Shown: positions 47,367 to 59,823, numbered from the stretch's first letter. The stretch is DNA of 64,000 nt from Eledone cirrhosa (GCA_964016885.1 OZ024745.1:33108001-33172000), one strand, 5' to 3'. The notes: generated from the sequence alone by a model not told the origin. Made by a program: numbers and translations.

Positions 47367-50195
47367 TTAGGTGTAGTGTTGGCAAATCTCGGGAAGCATG
47401 GAGGCCTTAAGGGATGCAGTGTCTCTACAGCTAACAACCGATGCAGGTAGTTTGTTCCATGCTTCAGCAACTCTGAGCGTGAAAAAATGTTTCCGAAAGT
47501 CATGGGAACTGTACTGTTTTCTGACTTTGTGGGCATGCCCACGTGTGTTAGACACATGGAAATCAAAAAGGTACTCAGGGTTGTTGTTGGCAAGATGGTT
47601 AACAATTTTGTGGGTGTTTACCAAGTCAGTCGCCAGGCGTTGGAGCTTCAATGTATCCATGCCCAGGGAAGCAAGGTGCTCAGAGTATGGTAGATGCCTG
47701 ATGGAGGGTATTCGCTTGGTTGCACGTCTCTGAACAGTTTCCAGGCGGTCAATGTTCTGAGCAAGATAGGGGTTCCAGACTGGTGATGCAAATTCTAAGT
47801 GTGGCCGCACCATAGCCATGTACAGCCTTAAATAGATAGCTGGAGAGCGGCTGACAAAGGTCTTCCTGAGTGATGCTAAGACACCCTCGGCCCTCTTGAC
47901 AATTTTAGAGACGTGCTTCGTCCAACACAAATCGCTGCTGACCGTAATGCCCAGGTCACGTTCACAAGAAGACTTCTTGATATTAGTGCTGTGGAGGGAG
48001 TATGTGGACGCTGGGTTTTTACTCCCAAAATGCATGGTGGTGCACTTCTCCACAGCTAGCTTGAGTTGCCAGTCTGAGATCCATTGTTGCATTGTGTCCA
48101 GGTCAGACTGCAAGCAAGATCTATAGTGTTCAGGATCTGTCCTTTTTATCTCAAGGTACAGCTTGATGTCATCTGCGTACTTTAGTACTGTGGCATTCTT
48201 GAAGTTGGCATCTATGTCATTAATATATGCCACAAACAAAAGGGGGCCAAGAACAGATCCCTGTGGTACACCAGATGACATATCATATAGTGAGGAATGC
48301 TGTCCCAGAACCGTGACTACCTCTCTTCGACTGAGAATGAAGGACTTCAACCAGTTAAAAAGATCATCCTTCACACCCATTGCAGAGAGTTTTGCCATAA
48401 GTCTTTTGTGTGGCACAGAATTGAAAGCTTTCGCAAAGTCAAGGTAAAAAACATCCACCCATGAGCCGCCATCAGTGATCCGGGTGATGTCTTCAAGAAG
48501 CTCAATAAGTTGATCACAACAGTCGGAGTTAGGGATAAATCCAAATTGCGAGGGCCGGATAAGACTGTGAGAGTTCCAGAAGTTCCAAAGTGTTTCTCTG
48601 ACACAGGATTCCATCAGTTTGGCAATGCAACTAGTAAGACTGACTGGACGATAGTTCACAGGTGATGTGCGGTCACCCTTTTTGAACAGAGGAATGACAC
48701 TGGTAGTTTTCCACTGTTCTGGAGTAGCATCGTTGTTCAGACAGAATTGGAAGAAGCGTGATAACTGGTGCAGAAGGAAGTAGCCACCATGTTTAAGAAG
48801 CAGGTACATAACACCATCAAGACCAGGAGAGGCATGGTTGCGTTTATTGTTTAGGTGACGTCGCAGCATTGCAGGTGTAAATTCCATAGTTGTAATAGAA
48901 TCCGGTGTCATAGGTGGTGGAGATGGTATACTCTGGTCTTCAATAGTGAAAATGCCTGCATAGCATTCAGCAATGAGCTCTGCGCATTCTTTGGGGTCGT
49001 CAGTAACCTGGCTTGTGTGGGGATTGTGAAGAGGACCAACTGGAGAATGAGGCCTCTGCTTTGAGTGAACATACTTCCAGAACACCTTACTGTCAGGGCT
49101 GGTTGCTATGCGCTGCTCAAATTGAAGCACTGCCTTTTTTGTCACCTGTTTGAGGTGGTTGGACGATCTATTTTGCCTCGTCCTATTAATGTCTGATTTG
49201 TGCAGGTTGTACTCACGTTCAGCATTGCGACGTTCTTTTCTGGCAAGATGGACTGCTGCAGTCTCCCAAATTGCACTTTTGGGATGTTTTTTCCGCTTAC
49301 ATGGCACCGATGCTGCACATGCTGTCCATATTGAGCTCAGGATGTTCTGGAGTATAGTGTTGACATCTCCAGAGTCGTAGAACTCGAGCCAGTTTGGCCA
49401 TTGCAACTCGGTGCAGCAACAGTTCCAGTCTGCTTTATTCCAGTCAAAGTGAGCAGTTTGGAGATGGTTGTGGTTCTTGTTACTGCCCATGAGGGATAGA
49501 TTGGCAATGATCATAGCATGATCAGAGTCACCTAAAGGTTCCTCAGCAGTAACACTAATGACCATTTCAGGAGTAGTGGTGAAGAGTAGGTCCAAAGTGT
49601 TGTCACCTCTCGTTGGTGAGGTGACTACTTGGGACCAATTCGAGTCCCGCACTAGCTCAAGGAAGTCATTTGCACTTGGCGGCCAACGAAAGGTTTCCCA
49701 GTCAATCTCAGGGTAATTGAAGTCTCCTGCAATGAAAACATAAGTGGCTGTTTTCCTGGCAGCAGCTCTGAGGATATCACAAAGTTGAGTGTCCTGATGG
49801 TAATTTGGGGGACGGTAAACGACTCCAAGTAGCAGTGTCGATATGGTCATACGTATATCGCAGAAAAAAACTTCCTGCTGTGATTGGTTCAAATCAACAC
49901 AAGGAATTGCCGACAAATTTGACCGAACGTAGACCATTATACCACCACCACGATGATTAATGCGGTCTTTACGAAACAGGTTGTAGCCAGTTATGCTGAA
50001 AACCCCATCACAGAGTAAGGGATGTGCCCAAGTTTCCATGACTGTAATGAAGTCAGGGTTGATACTTTTGGCGTAGGAGTCAAAAAGATTAATCTTATTG
50101 CATAGACTAGGTACATTCAAGGACAACAATTTGTACCTTGATTCCAGTATATGATTATGTGCAGGGGATGGCAGGTTGTTCTGATTTAGTTTCCC
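47367..50195 (-). CDS. CR1 ORF2: APE endonuclease plus reverse transcriptase (uninterrupted, no in-frame ATG before the APE domain)
   Basis: METW, YRPP, AGDFN, SDH (APE); YLDFAKAF, SGVPQGSVLGPLLF, YADD (RT); RPHLEF..VWNPY, TRGH, RV..WNKLP (CR1 C-terminus). Confidence 0.93.
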   Translation of the reverse strand, partial: GKLNQNNLPSPAHNHILESRYKLLSLNVPSLCNKINLFDSYAKSINPDFITVMETWAHPLLCDGVFSITGYNLFRKDRINHRGGGIMVYVRSNLSAIPCVDLNQSQQEVFFCDIRMTISTLLLGVVYRPPNYHQDTQLCDILRAAARKTATYVFIAGDFNYPEIDWETFRWPPSANDFLELVRDSNWSQVVTSPTRGDNTLDLLFTTTPEMVISVTAEEPLGDSDHAMIIANLSLMGSNKNHNHLQTAHFDWNKADWNCCCTELQWPNWLEFYDSGDVNTILQNILSSIWTACAASVPCKRKKHPKSAIWETAAVHLARKERRNAEREYNLHKSDINRTRQNRSSNHLKQVTKKAVLQFEQRIATSPDSKVFWKYVHSKQRPHSPVGPLHNPHTSQVTDDPKECAELIAECYAGIFTIEDQSIPSPPPMTPDSITTMEFTPAMLRRHLNNKRNHASPGLDGVMYLLLKHGGYFLLHQLSRFFQFCLNNDATPEQWKTTSVIPLFKKGDRTSPVNYRPVSLTSCIAKLMESCVRETLWNFWNSHSLIRPSQFGFIPNSDCCDQLIELLEDITRITDGGSWVDVFYLDFAKAFNSVPHKRLMAKLSAMGVKDDLFNWLKSFILSRREVVTVLGQHSSLYDMSSGVPQGSVLGPLLFVAYINDIDANFKNATVLKYADDIKLYLEIKRTDPEHYRSCLQSDLDTMQQWISDWQLKLAVEKCTTMHFGSKNPASTYSLHSTNIKKSSCERDLGITVSSDLCWTKHVSKIVKRAEGVLASLRKTFVSRSPAIYLRLYMAMVRPHLEFASPVWNPYLAQNIDRLETVQRRATKRIPSIRHLPYSEHLASLGMDTLKLQRLATDLVNTHKIVNHLANNNPEYLFDFHVSNTRGHAHKVRKQYSSHDFRKHFFTLRVAEAWNKLPASVVSCRDTASLKASMLPEICQHYT

Positions 50196-51260
50196 AGAGT
50201 TTTTTCAGTTTCTTTATTGTCAGTTGTTGTGGGTACAGTGTTTTCAGATCAGCTGGTATCTCTTTTCCATGTTTCACCAGCCTTAACAAACTTCCATATC
50301 TGCCCATCATCACGTAGGCTGAAGCTTTCATGTTCTGCCGAGGTGCGGTTTAAGGAAGCTGCAGCACGCAACTTTGGGCGGACATCAGATGGAAGACCAA
50401 GGCGTGTTCGGAAAGCAATCCGACTTTCACGCCTAGCTTTATCAGAGGCTACAAGGTATGAATGTGCCTCAGTTGAGTTTGAAAACGACAGTCTAATTAG
50501 CCTGGGTTTCGGGCCTGGTCGACCAAGGTGTAGAGCACCCTTTGCGGGAGCACAGCCCAAGTCTTTGGATGAACTTGCAGCAAATGCCTGAAGATCAACT
50601 ATGTCTTCTGGTACACCAATGGCAATCACTTCGTGGTTTGCAGATTCAGTGGCATTCTCAATGCATCTAGGTTCAACATGAGGTACGCGGAGATTTTTTA
50701 ACAAGGCACTCCGGTAAGATCCCTCATTGTGGGGTTCTACACAAACGTTTGATTTTATTCCCGCTATTTCTCGGCTTAAAGCGGAAATCATTTGCCGTAT
50801 TTCCTCAAACTCTGTATTGATGGTCGATTTTTGTTGTTCTTCTCCTTCAACAGGCATGATAGGAGAAGACACAGTCGTCGGTTGTTGTTGAAAAGTAACG
50901 GGGGAGGAAGACATGGGTTGCTGTTGTTGATGAAGTCCTTCAATGGGGGTAGTAACAGAAGCTACGGTCGTTGGTTTTTGCTGTTGTTCAGGAACAATGG
51001 TAGAGGAAGACACGATCTTCGGTTTTTGTTGTTGTTCGGGAACAATGGTAGAGGAAGACACGATCTTCGGTTTTTGTTGTTGTTGTTCCGCAGCAAAGGT
51101 AGAGACAGGCATACAGTCCAGGCACTGAAAGGACCAATTTGTTAGCTGGACCATCTCCCAGAGTCTATCCATCATAGCAATATGATGTTTCTTGTTTTGG
51201 CCTGGGATCTTCCGGAAGCCTGTGGCGCATTGAAGGCAGACAGAGATGTGACAGAAGTAC
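50186..51260 (-). CDS. CR1 ORF1 (PHD-like Cys motif, Q/P/T repeats, coiled coil) with an internal TGA at 50249-51
   Basis: CLQC...WSFQCLDC, (QQQKPKIVSSSTIVPE)n, EIRQMISALSREIAGIK, IAIGVPE, LGRPGPKPRLIRL. The frame continues past the TGA to LGN* at 50186. Confidence 0.7.
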
Positions 51261-51929
51261 TGACTTGTTTTTGTGATGACCCACCCAACCCTTGCTAGTT
51301 GGAAAAAAAACTGATTTTTTATGATGATGAGGATGAATGAATAATTTGACATTTTTTAAAAATGTGTTAACATGGTTTCAGATTATTCAGAAAGCATCTG
51401 AATGAGGGAGACATGATTATATCTCTGAAACTTTTGGTAATGCATAAATAAATCAAGCTGTTAATTATAAATATTTTCAACTTCCATATTGTGTTGATTG
51501 CTAATTTTATTTGTTTATTCACATTCGTGACTATGTTCTAGATAAATGAGCCAACTAAGGTACCTCTGTGCAGTCATTCAATGTGCAAGAAATAGCAGCC
51601 AAATTTCCTTTGAATCAAATCCTGTTTTTTTTGTTTTTTTTAAAAGAATGATACTTCAGATAATATAGTCTTGAATAAACATAATTTCTGTTAGATAAAC
51701 AACAATTTAGCAAATGTTATATAGGCTGCCCATATGCCACATTAGATTAACTGTATTGAAAACAAACAAAAGCCCTGTATTGTTATAAAAAACATTCATG
51801 TCTTTCCCCGAAACCATTAGAAAGTGAAGTGAACAGATAGTTGAGGGGAGGTAATTAGGGGCTATGTTTTGTGTGCGTGTGTGTATATATGTGTGTGCAT
51901 ATGTGTATATATGTGTGTGTGTGTGTGTT

Positions 51930-53078
51930 TGCTGCAGCAGGTCTTTGAGAAATCATGGGAGTATTGCCACAAAAAGTGGGCCACAAAAAGGCATATGACC
52001 ACATTGCACAGGACCTGTTGTGGAAGGTTCTGGGATCAATGGACAGCTTCTTGTTGACTTGATGTCACTATACAAATACCTGAGGATTTGTGATAAGATT
52101 AATGGTTTTAAATCGAGACCATTTAATGTGGGTATCAGACTCCACCAAGAGTGCGTACCGTCACCTCTTCTGTTCATAAACTTCATGGACAGGATTGATA
52201 TGCACAGCCAAGCTGGAAGTGGTATCATGACTGGCAGGTATAACATCAGTTGGCTGGAATTTGCAGATGACATGGTATTACTTAACTCGTCAAAAGGTGA
52301 TCTTCGACATGCACTTGATAGATTTGATGCCGAGTGCTGCATGGCTTGAATGAAAATCAGCGCTGCAAAAACTGAAACACTCATCCTCTCAAGTAAGCTT
52401 GAACAGTGCATTCTACATGTGTGTGGAGTAACACTGAAGCAGGTGGAGAAGTTCAAGTATCTCGGGACCGTGTTCATGAGTGATGGAAGGCAGGAGGCTG
52501 AATTAAATGCAAGAATTGCAGGAGCTGGTGCTTCAGACGAAGGGAAGTAAGTGAAAAAGCCAAACTCGCCATCTTCAATTTGGTATTCATGTCAATGTTT
52601 ACCTATAGTCATGAACCTTGGGTAATGACGAAAAGAATATGATGGTGAATACAAGCGACCGAAATGTGGTTCCCTCAAAGGGTCTTTGGAGTAATGACTG
52701 AAAGAATGCAATCACAAATACAAGCAGCTGAAATGGGGTTCTTTTGAAGAGTCTTTGGAGTAACGTTACTTGCTAGAGTGTGTAGTTCAGAGATCAGAGA
52801 GTTGCTACAGCTCTGTATTGATAGATCACAGCTCTGATACTATGGACATGTGGTTAGAATGTCGCAGGAAAGAATTGTTGAACAGATTTTACAGGCAAAA
52901 CCAACTGGTAGGAGACCCAAAGCAAGATGGTTGGATAACATTCATGAGCTCAGCTGGTCTTGCTTGGAGATCCAGCCAGATGAATTGTAGACAGTTGCTT
53001 CTGACATGACCTGCTGGAAGGCATGTTTAAGGACTCTGCCTCCACGACCCTATCAGGGATAAGTGAGCGAAGAAGATA
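51930..53078 (+). mobile_element. Degenerate RTE LINE 3' half
   Basis: LHQECVPSPLLF, EFADDMVL, QVEKFKYLG, IQAAEMGF and YGHVVRM motifs with stops and frameshifts. Confidence 0.88.
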
Positions 53079-53673
53079 TCAGTGTGTGTGTATAATAAGG
53101 GTGTATATGAAAACACAATATATTTATGTGCAATAAACCTATGAGAACCAAAGAAAAAATATATTTTCATTATGAAAAAAAAATTTTTCTCATGTTCTAT
53201 GAACATGTCACATATATCTCAGTAGCCATTGAGAATGCCAGACAGCTGTTTCAAGATTTGTTAATCTTTCATCACTGAAATTCACTCAACCGGTACTGAG
53301 ATGATAATAGACTAAAGCCTATATAGATTTGGCATGATGAACATTTTCTGGGAATGCTCATTTGCATAGTGTGTGAACTTATAATTAATTGGCAGTAGCA
53401 CTAACATAGCGTTATGCATAATAGGGTTGTTTATGAAAACATATACAATATGTTTATGTACAATAAACACATGAGACTCTTGCTATCAAAGAAAAAAAAT
53501 ATTGTTTTGTTTTGAAAAATTATTTTTCCCTTTTGTTTTGTGAAAATGTCACAAAACAGTTGTCTGGCATTCTCAACGGCTAGTGAGATATCTGTGACAT
53601 GTTCATAGGACAAAAGAGAAACATTTTTTCCTAACATAAGTTATGAAATAATTGAATCTCTTTATTTTTACAG

Positions 53674-53741
53674 GTCCCCCCATTATTGAAAAAGTCTCTC
53701 AAAATGCTTCTTCATTGCGACAGATAACCCCAGATTTAAAG
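53674..53741 (+). CDS. TMEM181: TMEM181 exon 3
   Basis: 68 nt, phase 1-0; (G)PPIIEKVSQNASSLRQITPDLK; TTTTTACAG acceptor, GTTTGT donor. Confidence 0.85.
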
Positions 53742-53874
53742 GTTTGTGTCATTTAGCCATATATATATATCAGATAATTAATGTATACAATTTTGTTTGT
53801 TCATAACTTTTCTACAGATTTAGCTGGGCAGCCAGATGAAGTCAGTATATAAATACTTTTGTTTTCTTTTTTAG

Positions 53875-53965
53875 ACTGGGCCTTTTCATTTGAAGTCACC
53901 ACCCATGTCGACGTTTCATCAACAGTTATGGTTGATTGCTAGCATTAATGCTGACAATGCTGGAA
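53875..53965 (+). CDS. TMEM181: TMEM181 exon 4
   Basis: 91 nt; TGPFHLKSPPMSTFHQQLWLIASINADNAG with the conserved STYNQQLWL-like motif; TAG/GTAAGT. Confidence 0.92.
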
Positions 53966-54222
53966 GTAAGTATGACATCAAATACACAATCTGTGTATGA
54001 GAGAGAGAGAAATTCCATCCTCATTATTAACCCTTTAATGTTCAAACCGGCCAGAATTCTCTACCTTTTTCTGTTGAAACTGGCTGTAACTGGTCACTCA
54101 AACTGATGTTAAGGTATTGTTCTCAAAATAAATACTTTCAAAATCTCATAGATTCGATATTATGTGAGACATTTATGCGAGGTAAAACCTTTACCATGAA
54201 AATATAATAGTATATATAGAGT

Positions 54223-54253
<31 letters not shown>

Positions 54254-55522
54254 GTTTAATGTCCATCTTCCACGCTAGCATGGATTTGGAGCTAGCATGG
54301 GTTTGGACTAATGTGAATGGTTAAGGGTTGAGGACCATGGATAATTGTACCAATGCTCATCCATATGGTACTGTACAGCCATCAGAAAAAAAGTGACATT
54401 GGTGGGTCCCAGGTCTTTTTTCTAAACATTATTCAGGAGCTGACTACCGAGTTGCATCTCATTGACCTTCATCACAAGGATGAAGCTGTTTATCATTTGA
54501 AAGGTTGTCACCATGGTAACTAAGGAGTCACATCTACCTCGGTTTTAAAATCAGAGTGATCCATCTCTTAGACAGAATGCCAATCAAGGGTAACCAGCTC
54601 TGTCTACCCTTTTGAAAGGCAGTGACATTAGATGTATTCTGTTAGCTGGAGCACAGGTGAGTTGGGAGAGTGGTTGGGCAATTCTGTTATGAATAGTTTT
54701 CATATAGAAACATTAACTTGAAATTAGGTTTAGTTAATGAGAGCAATAATTGTATTAATTTTACTGAATATTCAACAGCTGTGAAAATCCAACTATTCAG
54801 CATATTGAGCCTTGTAAGTGAGGAAAGGGAAGTATGTACAGAGAGGGAGAGAGAGAACAAGCTGTCTAATTAGCTTATGTTTTTTCCAACTAAAATTTGT
54901 TACTAGTCATGGAAAGGGTTGAGGTAAAGCTTATTATTATTATTTTTTTGTTTATTCAGAATCTATAAAACTAATTGCTGTATATACTTGTATATAAGCT
55001 GAGAAACATGTATAAAAAAAATAAACCAATGGTAAAATGGGGGTTATCTTATATTTGAGGTCAATATAACAATCGTCACCAACTTCAAAATTTTATGTAA
55101 ATGAGGTATGGGGTGCTAAAATATTTTCACTTTGGAGGTGAATATTACACCGGTTTCACTCTTGGTGTGAAATTTATTTTTGATGTGTTTTGAATAATAT
55201 GGCTTTCAAAACAGTCAGAAATTATTAAAAAATCATTGTGTAATGGAGTTTTGAAACAAAAACTGTATTCTACAGGACACTTAAAACATTTTAATATCAA
55301 AATTGGCCATTATTTACCAATTAGTCAAACATTTTCTTAAGCCTATCATCAAGCTTTGGTATTTGGGAGTGTCTCAGAACATTCTGGGAGGGCATTCTAA
55401 TTGCCTAGGGAATGTTAACATTTAAAAAAAATTATTTTTGATCTTTGTTCTTATTTTGAGAAGAAAGCTGAATAAAGTCAAGACTTCAAGGAGCGTATTT
55501 CAGGACACTCTTTTCTATAAAT

Positions 55523-55730
55523 TACAATGGTCAGCTGAAAGGTTAATAGGCTGACCAAGATACTCTCATGGAATGACCAGATGGGGTTTATTTTTCAACA
55601 TAGTCCCTGGAAAGAAAAACAAACAATGCAGTTATTAATAAGAAGAGTTGAAATTAATGCATGCAAGATTTCACAGCTCTAACATCACTCCTTCATAGTC
55701 AGCTTATGAACTTTTCAGCCCACCCTCTTA
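55523..55730. mobile_element. Mariner-derived MITE (second copy)
   Basis: Same TIRs and interior as 35450-35646, reversed; TA ends. Confidence 0.78.
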
Positions 55731-56220
55731 TATGTTCTAAATCTGAGAGTGCATCATTGAAAAGTACTGGGGCAGTGCCACCCAGTGCATCCCTTTGGCA
55801 ACAGGCCTGTACCATCACCATCCTCATCATCATCCTAATTTTACATTTTTCATGCTGGCATGGGCTTGATAGGTTGTCATATTAAAAGAAAATAGTCTGC
55901 TACCTACATCTTGCTCATATGTTCTATATCTTGGCATGTTTTGTACAGCTGGATGCCCTTCCTAATGACAACCATTTTACAGAATGAACTAGATGCATTA
56001 TATCATGGCACTGGCACTATAGAGGTTATCATGTCCTCTGTCAGACTGAAGAGTTCTCTTTGCACTATATTATCTCTGTTTAAACACCAAACACTCCTCT
56101 CTGTTACTTTATTAATATTTTCTGTACAACTTTTGACATGATGTAATGTGGCCTTTTAATCTTTTGTTATTTAAGAAGTTATCAATTCTTGTTAAAAAAT
56201 AGTTTTATTTGTTTTAACAG

Positions 56221-56360
56221 TGGCCAGATTTGAACAAGAGTTCACAGTGAGTGTTCAGATTAGAGCTATTCAGAAAGATGAAAACCTCAAAGATTTGTTT
56301 GACAATCCAAATTTGTCTGGTGAGATGCTGAATCACACAAGAAACTTGCGATGTGCTCAT
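56221..56360 (+). CDS. TMEM181: TMEM181 exon 5
   Basis: 140 nt, phase 1-0; (M)ARFEQEFTVSVQIRAIQK...NHTRNLRCAH; CAG/GTAAGT. Confidence 0.9.
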
Positions 56361-57018
56361 GTAAGTTGGAAACTAAAACAAATTATTTTCTTTTTACTTT
56401 TTTTTGTTCATAGATTGAGGCAGCTAACACTTATTACTTGTAATAATGTCAGGTGAATTCTAGGTGGACTGTGGTCTGATACAGAACTGTCCCAGATTGA
56501 TGTGGTAACATGTCCCACAGGGGTTAGCAATAGAACTGACAGCTAATATCACTAATACAACACAAGTTCCACTCTTTACTTCACAGTTGAGTGGTTAGTA
56601 GTTGTAAACTGTCATTTTAAATATCACAGAAATTAGACAACCTCTGTACATAAGCAGGCAACAATAAGCAGTAAAATGAAACTGAATGGCACCTGTTTTA
56701 TCTGTAAAGTCCAAGTAATTTATTATTAAAATATAACAAATAATTATTTAACAGCTAAACATAAAGACAAATATATTCAATATACAAAAATCTCATAATA
56801 TCATGTAAAATCATTGACTCTTCTTTTCATTTCCCCCTTTAAAAAAAAAATGTTTCTTCCTTTTTTATTCCCTCTTATAGTGTGTTATGTTTTTATTAGA
56901 TACTGCTCAATAATTTTTTTATAATGTCAATGGCTTTTCATGACATTGAGAGATTTTGTACATTGAATATGTTTTGTCTTTATGTTTAGTTGTTAAACTG
57001 AGATACTTTGAATAAACG

Positions 57019-57060
<42 letters not shown>

Positions 57061-57312
57061 AAGAAAATGATTGTAATTGATATTAATAAATATAAAATTA
57101 AACCATGTTTCCCAGTTTGTATATCCAGTAGTCCTGGTATATATGGCATACTAATTCTAGACTCCCAAAATTAAATACATTCAATACTATTGTTGTCATT
57201 ATTGATAGTACTGTTTCACAAGTAATTAAGATAACTTTTCTGAATTTATAAAACTATTGTCAACTAAGTTTATTTAGATATATTTAATGATGAACATTTG
57301 TGATTATTGCAG

Positions 57313-57432
57313 AAATGTGATGACCTTATTCTGATGCACTTGGGATTTTTGGATTATTCCAATTATATTATCACTGTCCGTTTCTTTGGACTGGAAAACC
57401 TCAAATATAAATTAGAAAATATCGACTTTCAT
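57313..57432 (+). CDS. TMEM181: TMEM181 exon 6 (gene continues beyond the right edge)
   Basis: 120 nt; KCDDLILMHLGFLDYSNYIITVRFFGLENLKYKLENIDFH, matching KC.EII..HLGYL.Y; CAG/GTAAGT. Confidence 0.93.
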
Positions 57433-58999
57433 GTAAGTAAACTTAACTCTTAACATCCTAGACAGCATGAAACCATATTAGGAAGACATTTTTGAAAATG
57501 CACTCTATGACTGCATCACATCAATCCTTTAGCATTTACATCACTCTCTATGCTATTGTATTTTCACTGTAAAGGCTTTATCTCACATAATATTTCATAT
57601 AAAATCAAATCTATGAAATTTTGATATTATTTACTTTGAGAACAATACCTTAACATCAGAGAGAATTCTGGCCGGATACAGCAGGTTTAAATGCTAAAGG
57701 GTTAAAGATTCAAGTCTGAACTCCAATACTTCAATGTGTCCACTAGTAAAGATATTATTAACATTTGTATTATCAAATTGTTTTTTTGCAAGGTGGGTGA
57801 TGATAGTCATATGAAATATAGAAAAAAATGAGAGAGGAGGAGAAGTGTGTTGGCACGAAGAGTTGATAGGAAGAAAGAAGTAAAGGAAGACAAATTTGAA
57901 TAATGAATGATACAGATATTCTTGTGTTCTATGAATTTCAAAAACGCTCATACTTTGTCTCAGTTTTTGAGACAAAAATGTTTCATCATCATCATCATCG
58001 TTTAACGTCCATCTTCCATGCTAGCATGGGTTAGATGGAGAATATGCTACAGGATGTTAATAATTAATATAGTGTGGCAGTATATTATTCCCACTTGTTA
58101 GTTTTGTTTCAGTTTATTCTTAGAAAAGATGTTATTTATCATAGATTCAGTGATACATTACAAGGTTACCAAATTGGGCAACAAGTAGATTAGGCTACTT
58201 TTTAGGACTGCATGCTACCATTTTTTTTATTTGAGCTACTTACTAGTGTAAAATTACAATTTTTAAAGATAAGAATTTTATTGACTATCATAATATTGTT
58301 CCACCAACACAACCACCTTACAGGGCAGACTATGTGCTTGTGCTCCCTGTTGTGCCACCAACCCGTCCACTCCACAGGGGTGACCGGGTGCCTTCTATCA
58401 TGTCACCAACGTGACCACCTTACAGAGTCACCAGCTTACAGAGTGACCACCTTACAATGTCACCAGCATGACCACTATTACTATATTGAAATTGGTATAT
58501 CAGTGGAGTGACTCCATCCCCTCCAATGTAATTAAAAAACAAATAATTTCAGATGGTTTTGAAGGTCAGATTTATTCAAAACACTAAAAACATAGGAAAG
58601 ATTATAATGAAATCTCTGAGCGTGGGAAACTCCGAGGTTGTCCCTTCTCCCTCTGATATCTGAAAAACAAGTAATTTTTGATGAGTTTGAAGGTCAGAAT
58701 CATTGAAAACTGAGGAAAAAATACAATTTCTGCCTGAACCCAAGATAAATATTTATGTAAAAATTTACAGAAAGGTTTTATTTTAAGTATAAACATTTTA
58801 AAATGAACTGTTTTGTATCATAAATCTTGGGCAGTTTCAGGTTGTTGGTATCAAAAGGGTTAAGGTGCTGTCCCCATCACAAGTTCAGGTCTTATTACTA
58901 ACATTGTGCTGTGTCTCTGAACAATGTAAACAAACTCTAAACCCTACTCCATGGTTGAGTGGTTAGTTTAATATATCTCTAGTGTTACAATTTTAACTT

Positions 59000-59307
59000 T
59001 TCTTCTTCTTGAGCCACCCCTCTTTCGAAGGTGAAGTATTCATTTTTGCTTTTAATAACGGCTAGAATATCTGTGGTTTGCCACACCTACATAAACATCC
59101 ACACCACTGATGTTGTCCAAGGGAAAGGCAATGGCCGGTACATCTTGACTCAATGATATAACTCATTTCTATAGCTGAGTAAACTGGAGCAACATGAAAT
59201 AAAGTGTATTGCTCAAGGATACAACATATCACCCGGTCTGAGGATCAAACTCACAACCTCCCAATTGCAATCCCAATGCTCTAATCACTAAGTCATGCGC
59301 CTTCACA
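59000..59307 (-). mobile_element. Complete family B SINE with TSD
   Basis: tRNA-like head, (AAG)n tail, AATTTTAACTT duplicated at both ends. Confidence 0.82.
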
Positions 59308-59767
59308 AATTTTAACTTAGCTTATATATAAAACACACAAGGGAAAACATTTTTTATTGTTTTTCTGATCTGTTGGTTGGGTGATAGTGTTTTTTTTTTC
59401 ACATTTATTAGTTTTGTTTCAGTTTACTTTTAGAAATATTTGTACATTATTCTATGTACTATAAATGCACTTTTGATGAGTTGTAATGCACCTGAGCACT
59501 GTACACAATTTTTATTATAAAAAGTCTGATATATGATTTATCATAGATTCAGTGATGGTTACCAGTTATGCACCTCGTAATAGGACTGCAAGGTACTATT
59601 TTCTTTGAATTTGGGCTGCTCACTACTTTAAAATTATAATTTTTATAGATAAAAATTCTATTGAATATCATAATAACCTTTTCCATAGCAACCTGGCTGA
59701 ACAATAAATACTATTTCATGGTTGATTGGTCAGTGTAATGCATTACTAGTATTACAACTTTAACATA

Positions 59768-59823
<56 letters not shown>

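Larger units (their letters stand above)
47211..51265 (-). mobile_element. Near full-length CR1-superfamily LINE, antisense in TMEM181 intron 2
   Basis: ORF1, then ORF2, then 3' UTR and (ATT)n tail; no clear TSD and the 5' end is uncertain. Confidence 0.93.

Noticed and set aside
58095-59470. TTTTGTTTCAG acceptors as the next TMEM181 exon
   Set aside because: The downstream frames show no TMEM181-like sequence that I could recognise and belong to a duplicated intronic segment; exon 7 probably lies beyond the window.
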